This document shows, piece after piece, positions 49,301 to 57,039 of a stretch of DNA of 64,000 nucleotides. The stretch covers positions 32,001-96,000 of the IMG/VR virus record IMGVR_UViG_3300000203_000003. One strand, 5' to 3'. The position numbers and the translations under genes are program-made. Under the pieces are notes generated by a model, which was not told where the DNA came from, did no database searches, and saw only the letters and a program-made list of their open reading frames with translations. Within the stretch, counting starts at the first letter, position 1. The number at the start of each line of letters is the position of its first letter. This DNA comes from a virus (taxonomy: Duplodnaviria; Caudoviricetes).

Positions 49301-49886
49301 ATCGTCACACATGATGCTCCGTACATTCTTGCGTAACGACAGTATCGCTTATCCTTGGTTAGCTGCTGCTGGTACTCGTCGTGGTATCATCGACAATGCT
49401 TCTAACATTGGTTATCTTGATGCTGCAACAGGCGAGTTCCAGACTATTAAAACAAGTCTTGGTCTTCGTGATGTGCTGTATACAAACTTCATCAACCCAA
49501 TGGTGTTCTTCACCGGAGTTGGTCTGTTGAACTACGGTAACAAGACAAGTTTCAACTCGTCTAGTGCCCTTGACAGAACTAACGTTGCTCGTTTAGTTGC
49601 GTACATTCGTCGTCAGTTGACATTAGCGGCTCGTCCGTTTGTGTTCGAACCGAACGATGCAGTGACACGTAATCAAATTGGCGGTGTTGTTCAGACATTG
49701 ATGGCTGACTTGGTTGCAAAACGTGGTCTATATGACTATCTGGTTGTGTGTGATGAATCAAACAACACACCTGCTAGAATTGACAGAAATGAACTTTGGA
49801 TTGATGTTGCGGTTGAACCCGTGAAAGCTGCTGAATTCATTTACATCCCGGTTCGTATTCTGAACACGGGTGAATTGAGCGCATAA
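46311..49886 (+). CDS. contractile tail sheath protein (T4 gp18-like, with large insertions)
   Basis: MALTSPGVEVTIIDQS; PWLAAAGTRRG; FEPND; CDESNNTPARIDRNEL..P.KAAEFIYI. Confidence 0.95.
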   Translation: MALTSPGVEVTIIDQSQYLPAPGGSVPLVILATAQNKSDASGTAVAAATTATNAGKLFQVTSQRDLVNLYGSPFFYSTTNGTPIQGYELNEYGLLAAYSLLGVTNRCYVLRADIDLASLVGQTGRPTGFVDNGTYWLDTTDSTWGIYQFNAGTGKFTLQSPIVITNPDDLTGGVPLNSIGNIGDYAVNTLHTSSYPSDPTSRQYFYKTTQNIWTTLGGGLWRGDIPTVIGNNAVPSNTLVAGQSFNIHCNGLYTATITVPDDGGGFGSVGSVAGVIQTLGWSTLTASVRSGKLCVFSKQPKTGAPVYLNFSSSSGSVLADIGIAANTNLYQPSLIYGTSAEMPLWSSSQTYPRPTGSVWIKVGAAGNGLQPVVSKFNSTTQLWVNKNVSLYTSDWAANAELDGSGGAGIAAGTVYAQYNFDLQYPLGPVYLYERLATGPTVVTGTTIPTTFSAGTITVQVSTPSGPNLTTAQTVTITAPLGAQGAVGFVTAWSAANILYTTASVTTDGAIQLTHTEGGAIVLDDSIGGVSNGIIAAAGFVVNSTTGCKYGPSVTAVFSNAPLVGGPGTNGEASVTSVTGSYILNGAGVGGNAGTGYTVGDVLTVLGSSLGGITGVNDLVVEVAAVGGSTNITALAYVSGAPSAMYTTQLSNWVDFDYISNEGPPVADPVNNKNWFYSVTDEVDIMVQKGGAWVGYGQTNYDSSGFPTTGVNATDPMGPIISASSPTVQNDGSVLVYGDLWIDTSDLENYPVISRWEAVGDVGSQVDQWVLLDNSDQTSSTGVLFADARWATADTVSPTQDPMATIPALLQSRYLDLDAPQATLYPQGMLLFNTRRSGYNVKQYRSAYFNMTDFPGETLPTEKAAWVTVSGNQSNGSPYMGRKAQRAMVVEAMNAIVSTNTDIRDDDNFFNLMAAPNYPELQPGMVTLNNDRGMTGYIIGDTPLRLAASATDIQAWATNAAGATGTGEAGCVTRDTYLGLFYPSGITSDLSGNLVAVPSSHMMLRTFLRNDSIAYPWLAAAGTRRGIIDNASNIGYLDAATGEFQTIKTSLGLRDVLYTNFINPMVFFTGVGLLNYGNKTSFNSSSALDRTNVARLVAYIRRQLTLAARPFVFEPNDAVTRNQIGGVVQTLMADLVAKRGLYDYLVVCDESNNTPARIDRNELWIDVAVEPVKAAEFIYIPVRILNTGELSA

Positions 49887-49888
49887 GA

Positions 49889-49906
49889 AATGCCCTTCGG
49901 GGCATT
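49889..49906 (+). terminator. stem-loop after sheath gene
   Basis: AATGCCC-TTCG-GGGCATT; weak T tail. Confidence 0.6.
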
Positions 49907-49935
49907 ATGATAAATAATATTAACAGGAGATTTAT

Positions 49936-50571
49936 ATGGCAACAGGATCAGCATCAATCGCAAACATGACAGTACCAAATGGCGGCGCTGGTGAAACACT
50001 ATTAATGCCTAAGCTACAGTTCCGCTTCAGAGTTCGTTTCAACGGATTCGGCTCAGGCGATGTAGGTACATTAACAAGACAGGTCATTGATTGTTCAAGA
50101 CCCAACGTCACTTTCCAAGAAATTACAATGCCGATTTACAACTCGACAATGTATCTATCTGGAAAACATCAGTGGCAACCAATGACACTCAACCTTAGAG
50201 ATGACGCCAGCGGCAAAATCTCTGCGGCAGTTGGTTCACAACTTCAGAAACAGTTAGACTTCGCTGAACAAGCAAGTGCAACAGCTGGTATCGATTACAA
50301 GTTTGAAACAGTTATTGAAATGCTAGACGGTGGCAATGGCGGAACAGAGCCGACAGTTCTTGAAACTTGGAGTCTTGCTGGTTGTTTTGTACAAGTAGCA
50401 AACTACAATACGTTGAACTACGCAACAAATGATGTGGTTACTATCGCATTGACTATTCGTTTCGACAACGCAGAGCAATATGCAGGCCCATCAAGTTCAG
50501 CTACACTAAGCGGTTCAGTCGGCGCAGCAGTAAGAACAGCATCGACAACAGCAACTGGCAACGGCAAGTAA
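49936..50571 (+). CDS. tail tube protein (T4 gp19-like)
   Basis: follows sheath; PKLQFRFRV, GKHQWQP, ETWSLAGCF. Confidence 0.85.
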   Translation: MATGSASIANMTVPNGGAGETLLMPKLQFRFRVRFNGFGSGDVGTLTRQVIDCSRPNVTFQEITMPIYNSTMYLSGKHQWQPMTLNLRDDASGKISAAVGSQLQKQLDFAEQASATAGIDYKFETVIEMLDGGNGGTEPTVLETWSLAGCFVQVANYNTLNYATNDVVTIALTIRFDNAEQYAGPSSSATLSGSVGAAVRTASTTATGNGK

Positions 50572-50589
50572 TTTCAGTTAGACTGAAAT

Positions 50590-51723
50590 ATGTCAGGTCC
50601 AGTATCAGACTTTCTACAGGGTGTCGCCGGAGGATTCTTCGGCGGCCCTGTTTTACGGGATTACACCCACGCCTCTAAAACATTCCGAGTAAACAACTTT
50701 GAGAATGCGCCGAAGCTAAAATTTCTGTTCCATGTGAACTTTGAAGTCAACACCGAAGCTCTTCCTAACTGTCCTAGTGCTAACTGGGGGCTGGCGGTGA
50801 AGTCGATTAAGCTACCATCGTTCACTATGACTACTCATGAGATGAACCAGTACAATCGTAAGCGAATCGTTCAGTCAAAGATCAAATATGATCCAGTGGA
50901 TATCACGTTCCATGATGATGCTGGTACTGCCCAGAACGGCGGAATGATCAGAAATCTATGGAAGCTTTACTATCAGTATTACTATTCAGATTCAAAGAAC
51001 CCTAAGATAATGATAGCGTCTAAAGCAGTCAACAGCGATAGTTCTAAGGGCTCGGGGTACAACAACAGAACGCAATATGACAAGTCAATCACCGGCGATG
51101 AAAACTGGGGATATTCGGGAGAAGCATCTCCGTCAATGCCCGGATTAGTTAAAGTTCCGTTCTTTAAATCAATCCGTATATTCGGATTCAATCAGCATAA
51201 CTACGTCACATACGTTCTTGTTAATCCGATGATTACACGCTTTGGTCACGACACATATAACTATGCTGAAGGCAACGGCACCATGGAGAACACCATGACG
51301 CTTGATTACGAAACAGTAGTGTATGACTCTGGTGCAATATCAGGTGCTAACCCAGGTAACATGGTTCCGGGCTTCGGTGATGTTGCTAACTATGACAAAA
51401 CCCTGAGCCCTATATCTCGCCCTGGATCAAATTCTACTATATTAGGCCCCGGCGGGTTAGTAGAAGGTGTAGAAGGGTTCTCTCAGGCAATATCAGAAGG
51501 CAACTATCTAGGTGCCCTTGGCATCGCAGGACAATCATACAATACATTTAAGAACGCAAACCTAGGTCAGGTTCTAAAGAGTGATGTGACTTCACAGATA
51601 CTTGGCGCGATGAATAGTACACCTAATGCGAACAATCCATTCAAGATTCCATCTGGTTCTGATATAGGTGCAGCAGCAGCGAACCTTATAAATAAGCCAC
51701 CCGCTATTCCACCTGATAAATAA
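50590..51723 (+). CDS. tail tube-like baseplate junction protein (gp54/gp48-like)
   Basis: VKSIKLP..NQYNRKR..YDPVDITFHDD tube fold. Confidence 0.65.
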   Translation: MSGPVSDFLQGVAGGFFGGPVLRDYTHASKTFRVNNFENAPKLKFLFHVNFEVNTEALPNCPSANWGLAVKSIKLPSFTMTTHEMNQYNRKRIVQSKIKYDPVDITFHDDAGTAQNGGMIRNLWKLYYQYYYSDSKNPKIMIASKAVNSDSSKGSGYNNRTQYDKSITGDENWGYSGEASPSMPGLVKVPFFKSIRIFGFNQHNYVTYVLVNPMITRFGHDTYNYAEGNGTMENTMTLDYETVVYDSGAISGANPGNMVPGFGDVANYDKTLSPISRPGSNSTILGPGGLVEGVEGFSQAISEGNYLGALGIAGQSYNTFKNANLGQVLKSDVTSQILGAMNSTPNANNPFKIPSGSDIGAAAANLINKPPAIPPDK

Positions 51724-51727
51724 TATT

Positions 51728-52087
51728 ATGGCACGAATATTAGACACTCGCACAGCACTTGATAAAACAATCAGAATCTTTGATTCCTTTTACGCCTTCG
51801 ATGCGGTAGTTAACGGCGATGAGTTTGATGTTGTCAGAGGCTACTTCAGATCAGTCTGTGGTAGTTTCAACATCGCTGACAACATGACTGCGGTGCTATT
51901 CAGAATCGCGCAAGAGACTCACATTCCTGTGTTAGACTTGCTCGGATACATCAAGGGAACAACTAAGCTGGAGATGAATCAGGTCATCTGCTACTATCTT
52001 AACAGCTTCAAATCAAAGACTTCTCTATACGGAGTAAGTGTGGTCCCGCTGGCAAATCAGCCGGCGTCACGAAACATCGTTCAGTAA
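51728..52087 (+). CDS. hypothetical late protein
   Basis: TAAATA upstream. Confidence 0.7.
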   Translation: MARILDTRTALDKTIRIFDSFYAFDAVVNGDEFDVVRGYFRSVCGSFNIADNMTAVLFRIAQETHIPVLDLLGYIKGTTKLEMNQVICYYLNSFKSKTSLYGVSVVPLANQPASRNIVQ

Positions 52088-52088
52088 C

Positions 52089-52526
52089 ATGGCTAAGTAT
52101 GCCCAAGGTATCTTCACTCCTAAATTTCCTGAGAAGTATATAGGAAAGAAGGCACCGAAGTATCGTAGTTCGTGGGAGATGGCCATTATGACCTTCTTCG
52201 ATAACAACAAAAACATATTGAAGTGGGCCAGCGAGTCAATCGCTATTCAATATATTCACCCATACACCGGACGACCCACCAACTATATACCTGACTTCTT
52301 TGTTGTGTATGTGAACAACACTGGTAAGCAATACGCTGAAGTTATCGAAGTCAAACCAAGATCACAAACTATAATGTCTGAAGCCAAGAGTAAAGGCGAT
52401 CAGCAGCAAGTCGTTATCAACACGGCTAAATGGCAAGCAGCAAAAGCATACTGTAATCAGCACGGCTTTGCCTTCAGAATAATCACGGAGCATGATATTT
52501 TTAGTAACGGCAGACCCAAACGATAA
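52089..52526 (+). CDS. head completion nuclease (T4 gp4-like)
   Basis: YRSSWE..WASE..YIPDF..EVKP..NTAKW..FRIITE. Confidence 0.88.
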   Translation: MAKYAQGIFTPKFPEKYIGKKAPKYRSSWEMAIMTFFDNNKNILKWASESIAIQYIHPYTGRPTNYIPDFFVVYVNNTGKQYAEVIEVKPRSQTIMSEAKSKGDQQQVVINTAKWQAAKAYCNQHGFAFRIITEHDIFSNGRPKR

Positions 52527-52533
52527 ATATCAT

Positions 52534-53007
52534 ATGACTAAAAAACTATCAGAACTTTTCCAGTTGCCAATTGACGATGAAGAAACTATCGTTCCAGAAC
52601 GAGCACAGGAAATAACAACAGCAGCCTATTCAAATCTTGAGAAGATTGAAGCAGCACTGCCCCAGGTCAGAGGGCTTGATTCTGCTGACAACGAGATGGA
52701 CGACCTTGCGCTACTTGCTCAAGAAAGCTACAAGGATCTAATGGATCTGGGCCTACAAGTGGAAGCACGATTCTCTGCTGAAATCTTCAACTCGGCCAGC
52801 ACATTCCTGGGACATGCTATCACTGCTAAGACTGCGAAGATCAACAAGAAACTGAAGATGATAGATTTACAGCTTAAAAAGTTGAGTCTGGATCAAAAAA
52901 CAGCATCAAACAATGAAGAAATCGAAGCAACACCAGTCGGTGAAGCCAGATTACTTGATCGTAATGAGATGCTAAAGGCGTTGACCGGCAAAACAACTCA
53001 ACAATGA
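52534..53007 (+). CDS. possible terminase small subunit (gp16-like)
   Basis: helical, size and context only. Confidence 0.45.
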   Translation: MTKKLSELFQLPIDDEETIVPERAQEITTAAYSNLEKIEAALPQVRGLDSADNEMDDLALLAQESYKDLMDLGLQVEARFSAEIFNSASTFLGHAITAKTAKINKKLKMIDLQLKKLSLDQKTASNNEEIEATPVGEARLLDRNEMLKALTGKTTQQ

Positions 53008-53032
53008 TAAATATATAATACAGGAATATTCC

Positions 53033-53647
53033 ATGATTAGCTTAAAAACATACATCGCAGAAAGCGTCAGATCGTATAACTATACGATTAAGATCGCCGG
53101 AGAGGTCGATAAAAACTTTATCGATTTGTTCAAGTACAACCTTAATAAGTTCGACCCGATCAAGATCAGTGACCCGACCACTACGCCAGTTCAAAAGGAC
53201 CCGTACGGTTTCCCGGGATTATCTAACCAGCCAGTAACGATCATCAAAGCTGAGTTTAGATACCCAGCAACTGAGCCGATGATTCAACAGATTGCTATGC
53301 TACTTGGTCACAACATCAACATGGTCAGAGCAACGACTACTGACTTCAATGACAGCATCAACGCAGAGAATGACCAGTTTGCTAATCAAGCTGATCACAA
53401 TCCGTTGCTACTTCACGGTGAGTTGGAAGACAACGGCAAAGAAGCTGCAAAAGAATATGGTGAATCATATCTGAGTTCTATCAAGAAACAATCAGAAGGA
53501 TCGAAGATCGACATTCCGTATGAAGGTAAAAAGACCCCGGATTCGTTTGATCCGTTCAAGCAACCAGTCATTGATAAGAAGGGCACTGAAAGCCCTATGA
53601 GTAAGATTACTCGTCCCGCTAAGCCTGCGACAGGCGCTCGAAAATAA
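53033..53647 (+). CDS. hypothetical late protein
   Basis: MISLKTYIAES start, AGGA RBS. Confidence 0.7.
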   Translation: MISLKTYIAESVRSYNYTIKIAGEVDKNFIDLFKYNLNKFDPIKISDPTTTPVQKDPYGFPGLSNQPVTIIKAEFRYPATEPMIQQIAMLLGHNINMVRATTTDFNDSINAENDQFANQADHNPLLLHGELEDNGKEAAKEYGESYLSSIKKQSEGSKIDIPYEGKKTPDSFDPFKQPVIDKKGTESPMSKITRPAKPATGARK

Positions 53648-53660
53648 ATAAGGAAATAAC

Positions 53661-56390
53661 ATGAACATTTTAGACATGATGAATAAGTTGACGGCGCTGT
53701 CACAACCACTTACTGAAGCAAAGAAGCCTTCTGAAGGAAATGCTTTTGATCTGAAAACAAAGACTACCCCTGAAAAAGAAAAAGCAAAGAGCTTTGTTCA
53801 CAAGGGCAAGTATGGTATGGAATACCAAGGTGATCCTGATGATGAAGAACTAGATGACAATGGCAAGAAGAAAAAGAAAGCTGCTCCTGCTGCTGACGAA
53901 AAGCGTGGTCGTGGCCGTCCTAAGAAGGGCGCTGATAATGCAGGTAATGTCACTAAGCCTGACTGGTCTGCATTCGGTGCCAAGAAGGATGTCAAGCTAC
54001 CTAAGTGGGACAAGAAAGCAACTAAGAAGCACTCGCTCAAAGACTGGATAGAAAATCTTGACACAGCACTTAACGAAGATGGTCAATACACTTCGTCGCC
54101 GCTACCAGGCGCGACTGCTATCAAGAACCCACAAGGTCAACAAGTAGCAACAGCAACAACCCCTCAGGCTACTGCTGCTATGACTACTATGATTAACAAG
54201 GGTGATGTTGATCTTACAGATCCTAATAAGGCACTGAAAGAAGTCGGTAAAAATCACATGGGTGAAACAGAATATCATGGCTACTACAAGTGGCGCGTTG
54301 CTTGCCGTAAAGCAGGTGCCGTAGAGTTTGTTGGTGACAAAGACATTGACGAAGGGCACGACGCCAGTGGTCAGGCAGTCGGCGAATGGGACGGCGTAGT
54401 CGGTTCAGTATACGGTGACGCACACAAATCTCGTCCGGTACCAGCTGGAATGAATGAAGCAAAAGCTAAGAAAGATTACGACCAAGATGGTAAAGTCGAA
54501 GATGAAACAGCAGAGTATAAAGGTCTGTCTGGTAAAGTAGCCGCTGCTAAGAAAGCTAAACAAGTTGAAGAAGCTAAGAAAGCTAAGCCAGACTTCCTTG
54601 ATGTAGATAAAGACAAGAATAAGACAGAGCCGTTCAAGAAAGCTGTCAAAGATGCAGCTAAGAAAGTAGAAGAATCTTCCACCGTCAACGGAAAAACCGA
54701 AGATCCTAAGTCATTGAGATGGAAACAGACCAGCATGAGCCCAGACGCTGCAACTGCGAAGTATGGCAAAGCAAACGTCAAGGTAACCAAAGGTGGGTTG
54801 AATAACGGTAAGGACATGGTTGAAGTTAAAGTTCCATTAGGTGAAGGTAAAGATGAAGGCAAACCAGGTAAGAATTTTGCTAAGATCGCTAAGTCAGCTG
54901 GTGAAAAATACGGTTCAAAAGCAGCAGGCGAAAGAGTCGCCGGTGCTGTCAAAGCAAAGCTTGCTAAACAAGGTAAGCTAGAAGAAGGCAAAGTAAAAGA
55001 ACTCTCTATGGATCTTGAAGACCGTACAATGAAGGACGCAGAGTTCAAAAAGAAATATGGAAAGTCGAAGGCCGATATGCAAAAGAGTTTGAAACCCGCT
55101 GACGCTAAGAAGCCAGCAAGCAAGATTAAAGAGAGTATCCTACGTGAATCACACGACACGATGAAACACATCATCAACAAGTTCAAGCACGAAGTCAAGA
55201 AGTTCGTAGCCGGCGGTGACTTGGATGAGGATCTGTATGACGCACTGTATGATTACTATTGTGATCAAGGCGAAATGCCTTACGGCACTATGAAGGCACG
55301 TGATGGTGATCCATATGAATGGGTTACACAACGCTTTGATACTGATGTTCAAGACCATGATGTTCCAGTTGATGAAGGTGCGTATTCACAAGATTACTTC
55401 ACTGCTAATAAGCCAAGTCCAGTGCGTCAAGCTGCTCAAGTACCAGCTAAACCTGCTCAGACTCCATGGAGCAGAGATCCTATCGCTGCTGCTACAGACA
55501 GAGTGTATGACGTATTCAACAGACCTAAGGCAGGGACAGGTGATGTTCAGTTCGAAAGTTGGGCAAAGAGTCTTGACAATCTGTTAAGCGAAGGCATGAA
55601 TGTTGTTGCTAACACTGGATTAGGCGACGGTCCTGATTCAGTTACTATCTCGGCAACTGACGAAGATGCTTTGAAACTTCTGGCAATCGTTAAGTCTGCT
55701 GGTTTAGGTATGTTCGCCAATGATGATCAAGTAGGAGATGAAGGTTCACCTCAAATGTCTATTCAACCACAGAACAACCCTGATGCAGAGATTGGTGTAG
55801 TTGATGATCACGATGATATGCTCGGACTCATTCGTAAGATGACGGGTCAAGGTAATGCAGGTCAACAACCCGGTGCTATGGAAGTCGAAGTAGACGAAGA
55901 ACAAGGAATGAATCCTGGCGAAGCACAAGGATATCAGGATGAAGAAATGGCTGCAGAAAACACTCCTACATTCGGTGAAGTCGAGCCTGATCAAGAAGGA
56001 TCATCAGAGGAAGAAGTTCAACAAGCTACTGACAAACTAGAAAAAGTACATGATGTATGGAGTCAGGCAGATTCTGACGACGGTGAAGAATCTTCTGAAG
56101 ACGAAGGTGAAGAATCAGCCGAGGAAGAAGAATCCGCTGAAGAAGAAGATGAAGAATCCGCTGAAGAAGAATCCGCTGAAGAAGAGGAAGAGGATCTAGA
56201 CGAAGCATACGCAAATGGTGCTGAAGATACTTTTGAATCTGACATCGACTTCATGCAGAACGTCATCTCTGGTGGTGTTAACGGCAGAAAGCGCACACAA
56301 TCAGTTGGCAACCCCGTGACAATCGCATCGACTCCGATGAAAGAATCGACTGATTTACTGTCTGACTGGAAAAAGTTAGCAGGCTTCTAA
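53661..56390 (+). CDS. large low-complexity protein, putative prohead core/internal protein
   Basis: Lys-rich modules, AT-hook KRGRGRPKK, acidic EEES tail. Confidence 0.65.
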   Translation: MNILDMMNKLTALSQPLTEAKKPSEGNAFDLKTKTTPEKEKAKSFVHKGKYGMEYQGDPDDEELDDNGKKKKKAAPAADEKRGRGRPKKGADNAGNVTKPDWSAFGAKKDVKLPKWDKKATKKHSLKDWIENLDTALNEDGQYTSSPLPGATAIKNPQGQQVATATTPQATAAMTTMINKGDVDLTDPNKALKEVGKNHMGETEYHGYYKWRVACRKAGAVEFVGDKDIDEGHDASGQAVGEWDGVVGSVYGDAHKSRPVPAGMNEAKAKKDYDQDGKVEDETAEYKGLSGKVAAAKKAKQVEEAKKAKPDFLDVDKDKNKTEPFKKAVKDAAKKVEESSTVNGKTEDPKSLRWKQTSMSPDAATAKYGKANVKVTKGGLNNGKDMVEVKVPLGEGKDEGKPGKNFAKIAKSAGEKYGSKAAGERVAGAVKAKLAKQGKLEEGKVKELSMDLEDRTMKDAEFKKKYGKSKADMQKSLKPADAKKPASKIKESILRESHDTMKHIINKFKHEVKKFVAGGDLDEDLYDALYDYYCDQGEMPYGTMKARDGDPYEWVTQRFDTDVQDHDVPVDEGAYSQDYFTANKPSPVRQAAQVPAKPAQTPWSRDPIAAATDRVYDVFNRPKAGTGDVQFESWAKSLDNLLSEGMNVVANTGLGDGPDSVTISATDEDALKLLAIVKSAGLGMFANDDQVGDEGSPQMSIQPQNNPDAEIGVVDDHDDMLGLIRKMTGQGNAGQQPGAMEVEVDEEQGMNPGEAQGYQDEEMAAENTPTFGEVEPDQEGSSEEEVQQATDKLEKVHDVWSQADSDDGEESSEDEGEESAEEEESAEEEDEESAEEESAEEEEEDLDEAYANGAEDTFESDIDFMQNVISGGVNGRKRTQSVGNPVTIASTPMKESTDLLSDWKKLAGF

Positions 56391-56403
56391 GAAGATAGAA
56401 CAT

Positions 56404-56434
56404 AAAATAGCTCGGTTCGCCGAGCTATTTTTTT
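56404..56434 (+). terminator. intrinsic terminator
   Basis: AAAATAGCTCGG-TTCG-CCGAGCTATTTTTTT. Confidence 0.9.
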
Positions 56435-56469
56435 GGATACAGTGTTTAGAGACAAACGATAAATACTTG

Positions 56470-57030
56470 ATGAGCGAATATTATGTATATGCCTACTTGA
56501 GAGATGACGGAAGTCCGTATTATATAGGCAAGGGTAAAGGAAATCGAGCCTACACTAAAAGTAAGGGCGAGATAAGTAAACCCGTTGACAAAACAAGAAT
56601 CGTTATTTTAGAACAAGGATTAGCGGAAGTTGATGCCTTCACATTAGAGAAACAGATGATTGGCCAGTATGGACGTAAAGATAATAACACCGGAATACTT
56701 CGTAATAAAACGGACGGTGGTGAAGGCCCGGGCGGAATAAAACAATCACCGGAAGTTATTGCCCGACGAGTGGAGTCCTCTAGAGGAAAATCAATGGGTA
56801 TGACAGGAAAGAAACATCGTCCGGAATCAAATGAAAAACGAAGGCTATCGATGCTAGGTAAAAATACCGGGACACATACGATTGAACATTGTATTGCTAG
56901 TGGACTACCCAAACGCGGAATGAAATATAAATCACAATATAAACTCGTATGCCCGCACTGTGATAAATCAGGCGGTAGCGCAAATATGAAAAGATATCAT
57001 ATGGACAATTGTAAACAAATAGAAAGATAA
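56470..57030 (+). CDS. GIY-YIG homing endonuclease with NUMOD3-like repeats
   Basis: YVYAYLRDDGSPYYIGKG..NKTDGGEG; GKKHRPES; CPHC tail. Confidence 0.88.
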   Translation: MSEYYVYAYLRDDGSPYYIGKGKGNRAYTKSKGEISKPVDKTRIVILEQGLAEVDAFTLEKQMIGQYGRKDNNTGILRNKTDGGEGPGGIKQSPEVIARRVESSRGKSMGMTGKKHRPESNEKRRLSMLGKNTGTHTIEHCIASGLPKRGMKYKSQYKLVCPHCDKSGGSANMKRYHMDNCKQIER

Positions 57031-57039
57031 GGTTATCCC

